Notes: generated by a model from the sequence alone, not told the origin. DNA of 64,000 nt from Thermoanaerobaculia bacterium (GCA_947259195.1 CAMYLC010000008.1:52694-116693); one strand, 5' to 3'. Positions 35,141 to 45,410 are shown, counted from the first letter of the stretch. Program-made: numbers and translations.

Positions 35141-36691
35141 ATGCTAAAAGCGGCGCGCGCGCTCATCTCCGTTTATGACAAGCGCAAACTCGAGACCTTC
35201 GCCGAGGGACTCGCCGGCTTGGGAATCGAGATTCTCTCTACCGGAGGAACCTTCAAGACCTTGTCGGAGGCTGGTGTCCCGGTCACCCCTGTGTCCGAGG
35301 TGACCGGTTTCCCCGAGATTCTCGGCGGGCGGGTGAAGACCCTGCACCCGCGCATCCATGGTGGGATCCTGGCCGATAGGGAGCAGGCCTCTCATGTGGC
35401 CCAATTGAGCGAGCACGGCATAGCTCCTATCGACCTGGTCGTGGTGAATCTCTACCCCTTCCAGGCGACGGCCCGCGATGACAGCAAGAACTTCGCTCAG
35501 GTCGTCGAGATGATCGACATCGGCGGCCCCTGCATGGTTCGGGCCGCAGCCAAGAACCACTCCGGCGTCGTGGTGGTCGTCGATCCGGACGACTACAGCC
35601 AAGTGATCGTGGCTCTCGAGGACGGCGATGGACTCGTACCGGAGGTTCTGCGCCGACGCCTGGCGATCAAGGCCTTTCGCCACACCCAGGCCTACGACGC
35701 CGCGATCGCCGGTTGGCTGGAAGAGCAGATCGGTGACGTCGACCCCACCTTCGGTTCCCACTTGCTCATCGACGCGGAGAAGGAATTCGAGCCTCGCTAC
35801 GGTGAGAACCCGCATCAATCTGCAGCGGTCTACCGCGTGCTGGGCGGCACCGGGATCTTCGGGGGATTCGACCAGCTGCAAGGCAAGGAGATGTCCTACA
35901 ACAATCTCCTGGATGCCGACGTCGGCCGACGACTAGTGGCGACCCTCACAGGGACCTCCGTAGCCATTCTCAAGCACAACAATCCATGCGGTGTCGGCCG
36001 TGGAGAGTCGGTCGAGACGGCCTACAAGAAGGCACTCGAGTGTGATCCGGTGTCTGCCTTCGGCTCGATCGTGGCGGTCAATGAGGCCGTCGACGGTGCT
36101 GCCGCCGAGGCCATGGCGAGCCTCTTTATCGAGGTCGTCATCGCTCCAGAGTTCACCGACGAGGCCCTTCATGTCTTCGGCAACAAGAAGAATCTCCGGG
36201 TCATTCGCTGCCCGCTGCAGTCCATCGACGGCACCATGGTCGAGCTCAGGGCTATCGACGGAGGTTATCTCGCTCAGACTCTCGATCTGGCTGAGGACAA
36301 TCACTCCGACTGGACATGCCCGTCCCGACGAGAACCCACTGCGGAGGAGCTCGAGGCCCTGGACTTCAACTGGAGAGTCGTGCGGCACGTGAAGTCGAAC
36401 GCGATCGTGGTGGGAAATCGCTTCCAGACGGTTGGCATTGGGGCTGGCCAGATGAGTCGAGTCGATTCCTGTCACCTGGCGATCTCCAAAGCCCAGGTGA
36501 CGACCGCGGGCTGCGTCGCGGCCTCGGATGCCTTCTTTCCCTTTGCAGACGGCCTGCAGGTCCTGGCCGAAGCCGGAGTGACGGCGGTCGTTCAAACGGG
36601 TGGCAGCAAGCGCGATCCAGAAGTGGTCGAAGCGGCCGATCAACTGGGGGTGGCGATGCTCTTCACCGGCAATCGCCACTTCAGGCACTGA
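35141..36691 (+). CDS. purH: Bifunctional AICAR formyltransferase / IMP cyclohydrolase PurH
   Basis: Trimmed to the ATG at 35141 (MLKAARALISVYDKRKL...). MGS-like N-terminal domain (STGGT, GGRVKTLHP) and the AICARFT C-terminal domain, ending FTGNRHFRH. Confidence 0.95.
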   Translation: MLKAARALISVYDKRKLETFAEGLAGLGIEILSTGGTFKTLSEAGVPVTPVSEVTGFPEILGGRVKTLHPRIHGGILADREQASHVAQLSEHGIAPIDLVVVNLYPFQATARDDSKNFAQVVEMIDIGGPCMVRAAAKNHSGVVVVVDPDDYSQVIVALEDGDGLVPEVLRRRLAIKAFRHTQAYDAAIAGWLEEQIGDVDPTFGSHLLIDAEKEFEPRYGENPHQSAAVYRVLGGTGIFGGFDQLQGKEMSYNNLLDADVGRRLVATLTGTSVAILKHNNPCGVGRGESVETAYKKALECDPVSAFGSIVAVNEAVDGAAAEAMASLFIEVVIAPEFTDEALHVFGNKKNLRVIRCPLQSIDGTMVELRAIDGGYLAQTLDLAEDNHSDWTCPSRREPTAEELEALDFNWRVVRHVKSNAIVVGNRFQTVGIGAGQMSRVDSCHLAISKAQVTTAGCVAASDAFFPFADGLQVLAEAGVTAVVQTGGSKRDPEVVEAADQLGVAMLFTGNRHFRH

Positions 36692-37371
36692 TGACGAGAG
36701 CAGCCAATCGCTGGTTCGATCGACAGGAGCCAGGCTCGGCCCTGGCGGTGCTGGCCTGCACCGTACTCGTGGCCTCTCTCGGCTCCCCCAATCTGTCTAC
36801 CGCCCAGTCCGCGGCGGATCCCTGGGGTCAGTTGCAGGCCGTCAAAGACGGCCTCGTCGGCGAGATCGTCAGCGCCGACTTCGTGCAGACGTTCCTCCCG
36901 GCGGGCTTCAACACCGGCGACGAGGAGGCCGGAGTGCTGCATCTTTCCGTTCCCGATTGCCTGCGATGGGACTACCACCTGCCCTACCCCAAGACCTATC
37001 TGGTCTGCGGACAGGAAGCCTATACCTGGAACGAAGGCGAACCGCAGGGGCGTCGATTCGTCCTGGAATCGGACAGTGAGCCCGGACTCGACTTTCTTCG
37101 GCTGCGAATCGAGAACCTCGAGAATCGCTATTCGGCGGCACCCGAAGCTCTCGACGCCACCACGCTCGAGATTGTCTTCACCCCAATCGATCCCGGTCGC
37201 AGCCTGGTACAGGCCAGTATCGTTCTCGACATGGAGACGCACCGACTGAAGCGCTTGACCTACGAGGACCTCGAGGGGAATCGAACCCACTTCGACATCT
37301 CCAACTATCGAACGGTATCAGGCCCTCTCCCCTTCGATCTGCCCCCGAACATCGACTGGCTGGAGCAGTAG
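36691..37371 (+). CDS. LolA-like outer-membrane lipoprotein carrier protein
   Basis: ATG at 36691 overlaps the purH TGA (ATGA). 226 aa with a signal peptide and a LolA-like pattern (ADFVQTF...LHLSVPDCLRWDY...LEGNRTHFDISNYR). Trimmed from track ORF 36316..37371. Confidence 0.6.
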   Translation: MTRAANRWFDRQEPGSALAVLACTVLVASLGSPNLSTAQSAADPWGQLQAVKDGLVGEIVSADFVQTFLPAGFNTGDEEAGVLHLSVPDCLRWDYHLPYPKTYLVCGQEAYTWNEGEPQGRRFVLESDSEPGLDFLRLRIENLENRYSAAPEALDATTLEIVFTPIDPGRSLVQASIVLDMETHRLKRLTYEDLEGNRTHFDISNYRTVSGPLPFDLPPNIDWLEQ

Positions 37372-37506
37372 TCGCAGGCAATCTCGGCACAGGATGCGAG
37401 ACAACCCCCGTTTCCGTATAATGGCCGGGCCGCAAGGCTTGACGCCGATGCATCGTCTCCCCGCAGCGCCAACCGACACGACTGCGTCCGCCTGGAGTAT
37501 CCACTC

Positions 37507-38181
37507 TTGAGACAAACCTCCGTCGCCACCGCTAGACCACTCTCGATCGTGGTCCTGTTGTTGTGTCTTGCGTCGCTAGCTGCTGGCAGTGTCGGCTGGG
37601 CCGGACCCTACCCAGAAGGGGAGTTCATCGAGATCGCCGGCGCGGTGACCGATGCTGAAGGGTTCCCCGTGCCGGATCTGACCGTCATCCTGGAAGCCTC
37701 CCGGAAAGCCTTCAGCGTGACCCGGATGAAGAGTACGGAGCGAGATAGTACTCAGGTCAGCACAGTGACCGATGAGACGGGCCAGTTCAATCTTCGCTGG
37801 CGCTGGGTCGACTACTACAACCACTTCGAGCTCCAGGTCGGCGTCTCAGAAGGGCTCGGAGACAATGCCGAGTTCCTGGTCTTCGAACAGGTCGATCTCT
37901 CCAAGCGAATTCGCGGTGGCTCGCCCGTGGTGACCAACGTGACCGTTACAGAGACCCGGTATCTGGACACGGTGCGGGATTTCTCTGCCAGTATCGACAC
38001 CGAGGACGAGCGCCGGATCTTCGAGGAGATGGGCAACCCGGATCGCGTGCAGAGAATTCTCACCGGAGACCACGAAGAGGTCTCATGGTGGTACTTTCAG
38101 AGCGGCAAGGCCTATCGATTCAAGGACGGGGTTCTCGAGCAGGTCGTCCATTTCGAGCCTGTCGAGCCGTTCGAGAGCTGA
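37507..38181 (+). CDS. Hypothetical secreted protein (one CarboxypepD_reg-like unit plus a BamE-like C-terminus)
   Basis: 224-aa ORF with a TTG start, GGAG upstream and a signal peptide. IEIAGAVTDAEGFPVPDLTVIL resembles the repeat unit of the giant protein. The C-terminus EMGNPDRV...VSWWYFQSGKAYRFKDGVLEQV is BamE/SmpA-like by eye. Confidence 0.55.
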   Translation: MRQTSVATARPLSIVVLLLCLASLAAGSVGWAGPYPEGEFIEIAGAVTDAEGFPVPDLTVILEASRKAFSVTRMKSTERDSTQVSTVTDETGQFNLRWRWVDYYNHFELQVGVSEGLGDNAEFLVFEQVDLSKRIRGGSPVVTNVTVTETRYLDTVRDFSASIDTEDERRIFEEMGNPDRVQRILTGDHEEVSWWYFQSGKAYRFKDGVLEQVVHFEPVEPFES

Positions 38182-38201
38182 TTTTGCGACAATGACGACT
38201 C

Positions 38202-39218
38202 ATGTTGACCCCGAACTCATCGAACCTCGCCAGAGCCAGCGTACCGCCAGCGTCGCGTTTTCTGGACCTCGTTGCCGACAAGTTGGCGGCCACCGAGGAG
38301 GTGTTCCTGGAGCACCTCCAGTCGGACGTGCCCTTCATCACCAATACCGGTGAGTACATCTTTTCGGGTGGTGGTAAGCGGTTCAGGCCCGCCATGCTTC
38401 TGCTGTCGGCCAAGTTGTTGGATCGGGACAGCGACGAGGAGGTCACCTACGCGGCTGTCGTCGAGTTGATCCACACCGCCACCCTGATTCATGACGACAT
38501 CATCGACCACGCCAAACTGCGCCGCGGGCAGACAACGGCCAATCAGCTGTGGGGCAATAGCCTGACGGTCCTGCTGGGCGATTGGCTCTACACGACGTCG
38601 ATGAAGATGGCGCTGAGCCACGACAATCTCGAAGTCATTCGTCGGCTTTGCGATGCGACTCTCAGGATGACCGAGGGCGAGCTCCTGTCACAGCAACGGC
38701 TCGGTTCTCCGGATCTGGGAGTCGAGGAGTACTTTTCGATCATCGAACGCAAGACGGCCCACCTGTTTGCCGCCTCCTGCTCGATTCCGAGCCTGATGAG
38801 CCCCAAGAAGCCGGCAGCGGGCGCCGCCCTGGAACGCTACGGCCGGGCACTCGGAATCTGCTTCCAGTTGGTCGACGATCTCCTCGATTTCACCGCCCGT
38901 GAAAGTGAGATCGGCAAACCGGTCCTGTCGGATCTGACCGAGGGCAAGCTGACTCTGCCGCTGATTCTCCTGCTGCCTCGCCTGAACGCCAAACGGCGGG
39001 GTCTGATTGAAACCGTCCTCGAAGACGGCAGTTTCGACAGAGTCGCGCAGGAGGAGATACTCGACCTGGTGCAATCGGAGGGCACCATCGCGCAAGTTCA
39101 GGAGATGGCGGAAGGGTACGCCGAGGAAGCTCGCTCGACGCTAGAGATCTTCTCCGCTTGTGGGGCGCGCGAGGCCATGGAGTTCGCGCCGGAATTCGTC
39201 CTCCAGCGGCGTTCGTAG
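38202..39218 (+). CDS. Polyprenyl diphosphate synthase (long-chain, IspB-like)
   Basis: 338-aa ORF with the two Asp-rich motifs LIHDDIIDHAKLRRG and FQLVDDLLDF. Confidence 0.9.
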   Translation: MLTPNSSNLARASVPPASRFLDLVADKLAATEEVFLEHLQSDVPFITNTGEYIFSGGGKRFRPAMLLLSAKLLDRDSDEEVTYAAVVELIHTATLIHDDIIDHAKLRRGQTTANQLWGNSLTVLLGDWLYTTSMKMALSHDNLEVIRRLCDATLRMTEGELLSQQRLGSPDLGVEEYFSIIERKTAHLFAASCSIPSLMSPKKPAAGAALERYGRALGICFQLVDDLLDFTARESEIGKPVLSDLTEGKLTLPLILLLPRLNAKRRGLIETVLEDGSFDRVAQEEILDLVQSEGTIAQVQEMAEGYAEEARSTLEIFSACGAREAMEFAPEFVLQRRS

Positions 39219-40334
39219 ATTCTCCGATCGCAGACCGAAGACCCCGCTCGACCCCTGATCAGCCGGGATCAGCTCGGCTGACCTCCGAGAGTTGGTGAGG
39301 TAGACCATGGCACCGGTCACCGTGCCTTCTCGCACCAGTACCGTGGCGTACCTGAATCTGCGTGGCAGGGCATCGCTCCACAGCCAGCCCCCTTCCAAAC
39401 CTGCCAGAGTCGCCGTCGGCCGGGACACTGTCGGGTCCGGCAGATCTTCACCCAGGTAAATCAATGCAACCGGCGACTGCTCGATCGGATACTCCAGTGC
39501 CAGATAGCCGGTGACCGGCTTTCCCCAGTCAAAAGTCACCCAGGGCCCGAGCCCCTCATTGAGAGTCGTCGCGTCCGGGTCGATCGGCCTCCAGATCGCC
39601 TTTCCGCCTCCCTGGCGCACCCCGGTAGGCCTTCTGGGCTTGCCGTCGATCAGCAACTCAGGGATCGTCGGTCGCCTCCTCACCATCGTGGGCAGGGGCC
39701 ACCGACCCATCGGCGGAAGGCCCCAGACCACCGGTGCCTCACCTTCGGGGATCTCGTTGCGAGCCCGGCCGAGTCCGCGCTCCTGGTAACGAAGGACCTG
39801 CCACGATCCGTCACTTACCACTGTCTTGGACTCCCCGGGTCCCTGCACTTCGAGACTCAGCAGCAGCCCGCCATTTCCCCGGCTGCTCCGCGCTTCGATG
39901 ACCAGTCGATTCCTTCCCCGCTGCAGAAATCGGCCGACTGCATATTCATCGAGGATTCCCTTGCCGACAAACCTCCCGCCTCCGACCTGGGTGCCATTGA
40001 CAATGGCGACGTACTCTTCGTCCGCCAGACACAGGAGTCGAGCCCTCTTGATTGCGAAATCCAAGTGGAAGTCCCGCACCAGGTAGAAGGTCTGTGGCTC
40101 GGCCTGGCCATCGTCGATGGGCGCCCATATCCACTCGGCCTGACCCGTTGGCAACGAGGTCCTGGTTACCGCCCAACGAACGATTCGCTCGACACCTGCC
40201 AGGGCAGCCAGCAGGAGAATCAGTGACAGGCCCCAGGCCCAGCCCTTTCTTCGCCTGCCGCGTACCTCCGATGTGGCGTGCTGTGCCATGTCGGGTGCGA
40301 ATCTAGCATCGAATCCAGCAGTCCGATACTCCAC
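39141..40334 (-). CDS. Hypothetical membrane-anchored protein with galactose-binding-like domain(s)
   Basis: 397-aa ORF with a GTG start and an N-terminal TM helix (WAWGLSLILLLAALAGV). Then a rhamnosidase-N / galactose-binding-like pattern: EWIWAP...FYLVRDFHL...ARLLCLADEEYVAIVNGTQVG...NRLVIEA. The 3' end overlaps the ispB-like gene by 78 nt. Confidence 0.55.
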   Translation of the reverse strand: MEYRTAGFDARFAPDMAQHATSEVRGRRRKGWAWGLSLILLLAALAGVERIVRWAVTRTSLPTGQAEWIWAPIDDGQAEPQTFYLVRDFHLDFAIKRARLLCLADEEYVAIVNGTQVGGGRFVGKGILDEYAVGRFLQRGRNRLVIEARSSRGNGGLLLSLEVQGPGESKTVVSDGSWQVLRYQERGLGRARNEIPEGEAPVVWGLPPMGRWPLPTMVRRRPTIPELLIDGKPRRPTGVRQGGGKAIWRPIDPDATTLNEGLGPWVTFDWGKPVTGYLALEYPIEQSPVALIYLGEDLPDPTVSRPTATLAGLEGGWLWSDALPRRFRYATVLVREGTVTGAMVYLTNSRRSAELIPADQGSSGVFGLRSENLRTPLEDEFRRELHGLARPTSGEDL

Positions 40335-40403
40335 TTAACGGCTTCCGCGCGACCGCTGGATGACGACCATTGACTCCAGCGGGCGGCCGCAGTACATTGG
40401 GCC

Positions 40404-41192
40404 GTGCCCCCCGAAGAAACCGTTCCCGGCTCCGCAGAGACCACTCCAGGTGTGGTCATAGGCGCTATTCCAGCCCGCTATGGCTCCACCAGGCTCGATG
40501 GGAAGCCTCTTCGCCCGCTTGCAGGTCGTCCGCTGATCGAGCACGTCTACCAGCGAGCGAGCGAGGCCGGCCACCTCGACAGGGTCGTGGTTCTCACCGA
40601 CGACGATCGAGTCGCACAGGCGGTCGACAAGTTCGGTGGCACGGCCGAGTTGACACCCGCCGACTGTACGAGCGGCACCGATCGCATCGCCTGGGCCGCC
40701 CGCAACTGGCCCAGCGATGCGGCGGTGATCAACATCCAGGGCGACGAGCCTCTCATCGACCCGGCGGCCATCGATCGCATTGCCATCCATCTACGGGAGC
40801 AGCCCGAGGACCCGTTGGTCACTCTGGCCACCGAAGCCACCGCGGCTGATGAAGAGAATCCCGATGTGGTGAAGGTCGTTCTGGATTGTCGGGGCTACGC
40901 GCTGTACTTCAGTCGCTCCCCGATTCCATATGCCAGGAGCCCCGAAGTAGCGAAAGCTTGGCGTCACATTGGGATCTACGGCTATCAAATGGCGGCCCTG
41001 CGGCTCCTGGCAGAACTGGAGCCCACCCCGCTCGAGCGTCGTGAATCCCTCGAGCAGCTTCGGGCCCTGGAGAACAGAATTGCAATCCGCGTGATGTTCG
41101 TCGATCACGCCTGGGCTGGGGTGGATACAATGGCAGACCTGCAGAGGGTAGAGACCTTGCTGACTGGCGGCGGTTCGGCGACTTCCCGATAG
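40404..41192 (+). CDS. kdsB: 3-deoxy-manno-octulosonate cytidylyltransferase (CMP-Kdo synthetase)
   Basis: 262-aa ORF with [26 protein letters not shown] and the rest of the KdsB pattern. GTG at 40404, or possibly GTG at 40452. Confidence 0.9.
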   Translation: MPPEETVPGSAETTPGVVIGAIPARYGSTRLDGKPLRPLAGRPLIEHVYQRASEAGHLDRVVVLTDDDRVAQAVDKFGGTAELTPADCTSGTDRIAWAARNWPSDAAVINIQGDEPLIDPAAIDRIAIHLREQPEDPLVTLATEATAADEENPDVVKVVLDCRGYALYFSRSPIPYARSPEVAKAWRHIGIYGYQMAALRLLAELEPTPLERRESLEQLRALENRIAIRVMFVDHAWAGVDTMADLQRVETLLTGGGSATSR

Positions 41193-41223
41193 GCTCCAAG
41201 CCGCAACCGAGAGGGGATATTGC

Positions 41224-42885
41224 ATGGCAACCAAGTTCATCTTCGTCACCGGCGGCGTGCTGTCATCTCTCGGCAAGGGAGTGGCGGCCGCCTCGGTTGG
41301 TGCCATTCTGGAGGCCAGAGGTTTCTCGGTCACCATCATGAAGTTCGACCCCTATGTCAACGTCGATCCGGGCACCATGTCTCCGTATCAGCACGGAGAG
41401 GTGTTCGTCACCGATGACGGGGCCGAGACCGACCTCGACCTGGGCCACTACGAGAGGTTCACCAACACCAAGGCCAGCAAGGGACACAACTACACGACCG
41501 GCAAGATCTACGAGGCGGTGATCAACAAGGAGCGGCGAGGCGACTACCTGGGCAAGACCGTGCAGGTGATTCCCCATGTGACCGACGAGATCATGGACGC
41601 CATGCGACGCCTGGCCGATACCGCCGACGTGGTGATCATCGAAATCGGGGGAACGGTCGGTGACATCGAATCCCTGCCCTTCCTGGAGGCAATTCGACAG
41701 CTACGGCTAGAGCTCGGAAAGACCAACTCCGCCCACCTTCACCTCACCTTGGTACCGTTCATCGCCACCTCGGACGAGCTCAAGACCAAACCGACACAAC
41801 ACTCGGTTCGCGAGCTGAGAGCCATCGGCATCACCGCCGACGCTCTCCTGTGTCGCTGCGATCGCCCGTTGCCCGAGGACGTCAAGAAGAAGATCGCCCT
41901 GTTCTGCAATCTCGAGCCCCGCCAGGTCATCGCCGCGCAGGACGTGGAGACCATCTACGAAGTCCCATTGAGCTTCTGCCGTGAGGGGTTCGACGACATT
42001 CTTCTGGAGCTGCTCAACCTTCCCCAGACTCAGCGAGACATGTCGCGATGGGAAGAGCTGGTCGGCCGCATCAAGAACCCCAAACATCACGTCCGAATCG
42101 GTATCGTCGGCAAGTACGTCGAGCTGCCAGACGCCTACAAGAGTCTCAACGAAGCCTTGGAACATGGCGGTATCGCCAACGATGCCTCGGTCGAGCTGGT
42201 CTACATCAGCGCCGAGGAGATCGAGGGGGGGCACTGGCCACGAGAGGTATTCGACGTCGACGGCCTGCTGGTTCCCATCGGCTTTGGCCCTCGTGGTACC
42301 AGCGGTAAGATACGCGCCATCCAGTACGCCAGGGAGCAGAAGGTGCCCTTCTTCGGAATCTGCCTCGGGATGCAGTGCATGGTCATCGAATACGCTCGCA
42401 ACATGTGCGGCATCGAGGACGCCACCTCGACGGAGTTCGATGAAGATGCCAGGCATCCGGTGATCTACAAGCTGCGGGAGCTCCTCGGTGTCGAGGAGCT
42501 GGGCGGCACCATGCGATTGGGCGCCTACCCCTGCAACCTCCAAGAAGGAACCCTGGCAGAGCGCTCCTATGGCGTCGAGGAGATCAGCGAGCGGCATCGC
42601 CATCGATACGAGGTCAACCAGAAATACCTACCTCAGCTCGTCGAAGGTGGCCTCAAGGTGGCTGGAATGAGCCCCGATGGAAAGTTCGTCGAAATGATCG
42701 AGCTCGACGATCACCCCTGGTTCCTGGGCTGCCAGTTTCATCCCGAGTACAAGTCGAAGCCCACGGCCCCGCATCCGTTGTTCGTCTCCTACATCAAGGC
42801 CGCACTCGAGGAGAGTGAACGGCGCCAGGACCCGGAGCGCATGAGGGAACGCCAGAACGCGCTGGCGTTACAGGAGATTGCATGA
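41224..42885 (+). CDS. pyrG: CTP synthase
   Basis: 553-aa ORF with [19 protein letters not shown], a glutamine amidotransferase domain GICLGMQ and HRHRYEVN. Confidence 0.97.
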   Translation: MATKFIFVTGGVLSSLGKGVAAASVGAILEARGFSVTIMKFDPYVNVDPGTMSPYQHGEVFVTDDGAETDLDLGHYERFTNTKASKGHNYTTGKIYEAVINKERRGDYLGKTVQVIPHVTDEIMDAMRRLADTADVVIIEIGGTVGDIESLPFLEAIRQLRLELGKTNSAHLHLTLVPFIATSDELKTKPTQHSVRELRAIGITADALLCRCDRPLPEDVKKKIALFCNLEPRQVIAAQDVETIYEVPLSFCREGFDDILLELLNLPQTQRDMSRWEELVGRIKNPKHHVRIGIVGKYVELPDAYKSLNEALEHGGIANDASVELVYISAEEIEGGHWPREVFDVDGLLVPIGFGPRGTSGKIRAIQYAREQKVPFFGICLGMQCMVIEYARNMCGIEDATSTEFDEDARHPVIYKLRELLGVEELGGTMRLGAYPCNLQEGTLAERSYGVEEISERHRHRYEVNQKYLPQLVEGGLKVAGMSPDGKFVEMIELDDHPWFLGCQFHPEYKSKPTAPHPLFVSYIKAALEESERRQDPERMRERQNALALQEIA

Positions 42886-43718
42886 ACTGGGCCCCGGTAG
42901 AGCTGGCGCCCGGTGTCCTGCTGGGAGGCGCTGACCTACCTGTCATCGCTGGACCCTGTGTCCTCGAAGAGCCGCAGCAGACGCTCGAGATAGCGCAGAC
43001 CCTAGAGGCTCTCGGTCGCCGGCTCGGCCTGCCGATCATCTTCAAGGCGTCGTTCGACAAAGCCAACCGCAGCTCGCTGAAGAGTTACAGGGGACCAGGC
43101 CTCGAAGCGGGTCTCGAGGTTCTCGAGCAGGTGGCCACCACAACTGGCTTGCCGGTCTTGACCGACGTCCACGAGGCCGGCCAGTGTGTGAGGGCGGCAG
43201 AGGTCTGCCAAGTCCTGCAGGTCCCGGCCTTTCTTTGTCGGCAGACCGATCTGATCCTGGCCGCGGCCCAGACCGGGCGGGCAGTGAATCTCAAGAAGGG
43301 ACAGTTCATGGCGCCTGACGACATGCGCCGTGCAGTCGACAAGGCACGCAGCACCGGCAACTCGAAGGTGAGCGTTACCGAGAGGGGTGTTTCCTTCGGC
43401 TACCACAACCTGGTCGTGGACATGCGGAGCTTCGAGATCCTACACAGGGAAGGAATTCCCGTGATCTACGATGTGACCCACTCACTGCAGCTGCCTGGTG
43501 CAGGAGAGGAGACCGGAGGGCAACGACAATTTGCCGAGCCCCTGACCCGGGCCGCAGTAGCTGCAGGGGCAGACGGCCTCTATCTGGAAGTCCACCCGCA
43601 ACCCGATAGGGCGCGCTCTGATAGCACGACTCAATTGCAGCCCGCGAGAGCGGAAGCGCTGCTGGTTTCCGCCCTTGCGATCCGCCGAGCGGTCACCGGG
43701 GAGACAAGCTCGAAGTGA
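42882..43718 (+). CDS. kdsA: 3-deoxy-8-phosphooctulonate (Kdo-8-P) synthase
   Basis: 278-aa ORF whose ATG overlaps the pyrG TGA. Motifs [25 protein letters not shown] and DVTHSLQ. Confidence 0.95.
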   Translation: MNWAPVELAPGVLLGGADLPVIAGPCVLEEPQQTLEIAQTLEALGRRLGLPIIFKASFDKANRSSLKSYRGPGLEAGLEVLEQVATTTGLPVLTDVHEAGQCVRAAEVCQVLQVPAFLCRQTDLILAAAQTGRAVNLKKGQFMAPDDMRRAVDKARSTGNSKVSVTERGVSFGYHNLVVDMRSFEILHREGIPVIYDVTHSLQLPGAGEETGGQRQFAEPLTRAAVAAGADGLYLEVHPQPDRARSDSTTQLQPARAEALLVSALAIRRAVTGETSSK

Positions 43719-44692
43719 ACAAGCCAGGGCCAAGAGATCCGCGCCAGACTGCCCGTCAGGTGCTCGAGATCGAATCCGCGGCGGTTCGAGGCCTCATCGA
43801 GCAGTTAGACGAGGAATTCGACCGCGCAGTGGAGCTGCTGAAACAGACCCAGGGCCGAGTCGTCTGCACTGGAATGGGCAAGAGCGGCATCATCATGAAG
43901 AAGCTCGCCGCGACTCTCTCCTCGACCGGCACACCCGCTCTCTTCCTGCATCCTGCCGAGGCGATTCACGGCGATCTCGGAATGCTGGCGACGGGAGATG
44001 TGGTACTGGCCGCGTCCTATTCCGGGTCTACGGAAGAGCTCCTGCGGCTCGTCGAGACCCTGAAAAGGCTGGGCATTCCCATGATCGCGATTACCGCCAG
44101 CAGAAACAGTCCGATCGCCAGAAACGCGGATCTCCACCTCCGAGTTGCGATCGACCAGGAAGCCTGTCCCCTGGATCTTGCACCCACGGCCTCGACCACT
44201 GCCACCCTGGCCCTCGGCGACGCCTTGGCGATGGCTCTTCTGGAAGCCAAGGGATTTACTCCTGAGGACTTCGCCCGCCTCCATCCCGGAGGCCAGCTGG
44301 GCAAACGCCTGCTGAGAGTCCATCAATTGATGCATACTGGGGAGAACCTGCCCCAGGTCGCCCTCGACACCCCGATGCGTGAAGCGATCTACGAGATGTC
44401 CCGCAAGAAGCTGGGGATCACCGCGGTGACCGACTCTGCCAACCGGCTCGCGGGCTGCATCTCGGACGGCGACCTGCGCCGCCTCCTCGAAAAGGACGGT
44501 CAGCTCTTGGAGAAATCGGCCGCAGACTGTCTAAAGACGGAGCCCAGGGTCATCCACCGAGACGAGCTGGCCTCGGCGGCGCTGAAGATCATGGAAGACA
44601 ATCGCATTACCTCACTGTTTGTCTGCACAGAGGAGGGAGAGCTCGAGGGTATCGTCCACCTGCACGACCTCTGGGGTCTGGAGCTGTTTTGA
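43715..44692 (+). CDS. kdsD: Arabinose-5-phosphate isomerase (KdsD/KpsF type; SIS plus tandem CBS domains)
   Basis: 325-aa ORF whose GTG overlaps the kdsA TGA. Motifs GMGKSGIIMKKLAATLSSTG and APTASTTATLALGDALA, with a C-terminal CBS pair. Confidence 0.92.
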   Translation: MNKPGPRDPRQTARQVLEIESAAVRGLIEQLDEEFDRAVELLKQTQGRVVCTGMGKSGIIMKKLAATLSSTGTPALFLHPAEAIHGDLGMLATGDVVLAASYSGSTEELLRLVETLKRLGIPMIAITASRNSPIARNADLHLRVAIDQEACPLDLAPTASTTATLALGDALAMALLEAKGFTPEDFARLHPGGQLGKRLLRVHQLMHTGENLPQVALDTPMREAIYEMSRKKLGITAVTDSANRLAGCISDGDLRRLLEKDGQLLEKSAADCLKTEPRVIHRDELASAALKIMEDNRITSLFVCTEEGELEGIVHLHDLWGLELF

Positions 44693-44698
44693 TGCGCC

Positions 44699-45244
44699 AT
44701 GCCGATCCTTGCTGACAGCGACTTCTCCCGCCGCGCGGCCGAGCTCGAGTGGATCCTCTGCGATGCGGACGGAGTCCTCACCGACGGCGGTCTGTACTAC
44801 GACCGCCGAGGTCACGACCAGCTCCGCTTCGACGCCCGCGACGGCCTCGGGCTGAAGGTTGCGCAGCTTGCCGGCCTGAAGGTCGGAGTGCTGTCGGGAC
44901 GCGACTCTACTGCGCTCGAGCACCGAGCCAACGAGCTCAAGCTGGAGTTCCTCGCCATGGGAGTCGCGGACAAGCGGGCAGGTCTCGAGTCCTTTCTGAC
45001 GCGCCACAACACGCAAGCCCGGCGGGTTGCCTACGTTGGCGACGACCTGCCCGATCTGGTAGTCCTCGGGCAGTGCGGCCTGTCCTTTGCCCCTGCCGAT
45101 GCCGCCCAGGAGGTTCGAGACGTGGTTCACCGTGTGTTGAGCAGCCCGGGAGGCCACGGAGCCGTCCGCGAAATGGTGGAGCTCGTGCTAAGGGCCCGCG
45201 GCGACTGGGACCAGCTCTTCGCTCGCTTCACCATCGACAGCTGA
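44699..45244 (+). CDS. kdsC: Kdo-8-phosphate phosphatase (HAD-IIIA)
   Basis: 181-aa ORF with LCDADGVLTDGGLYY, GLKVGVLSGR and YVGDDLPDL. Confidence 0.88.
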   Translation: MPILADSDFSRRAAELEWILCDADGVLTDGGLYYDRRGHDQLRFDARDGLGLKVAQLAGLKVGVLSGRDSTALEHRANELKLEFLAMGVADKRAGLESFLTRHNTQARRVAYVGDDLPDLVVLGQCGLSFAPADAAQEVRDVVHRVLSSPGGHGAVREMVELVLRARGDWDQLFARFTIDS

Positions 45245-45253
45245 GGTTGCACC

Positions 45254-45276
45254 GTCCGTCGACTTTGTCGACGGAC
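45254..45276 (+). terminator. Perfect 10-bp hairpin just after kdsC
   Basis: GTCCGTCGAC-TTT-GTCGACGGAC begins 10 nt after the kdsC stop. No T-tract follows. Confidence 0.35.
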
Positions 45277-45360
45277 AATAACCGGGCCTGGATCCTGGGG
45301 CTTGGGCCCTGGGCAGCAAGGGCGTAGGGGCTTGGGGTCATGGCCCTGAAAGCTCAAGTA

Positions 45361-45388
45361 GGCCGGCGGGTCTGCCGGCCGTTCTTTG
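45361..45388 (+). terminator. Candidate intrinsic terminator between the kds operon and tatC
   Basis: GGCCGGC-GGGTCT-GCCGGCC (7-bp GC stem) is followed by GTTCTTTG. It sits in the convergent kdsC/tatC intergenic region. Confidence 0.5.
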
Positions 45389-45410
45389 AGGCCGTGAGGG
45401 CTTGAGAGGC

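Noticed and set aside
34263-35147. 294-aa Arg-rich ORF overlapping 34306..35097 in another frame
   Set aside because: The composition is not protein-like (RRRR and HRR runs). The 34306 frame has a signal peptide and a balanced composition.
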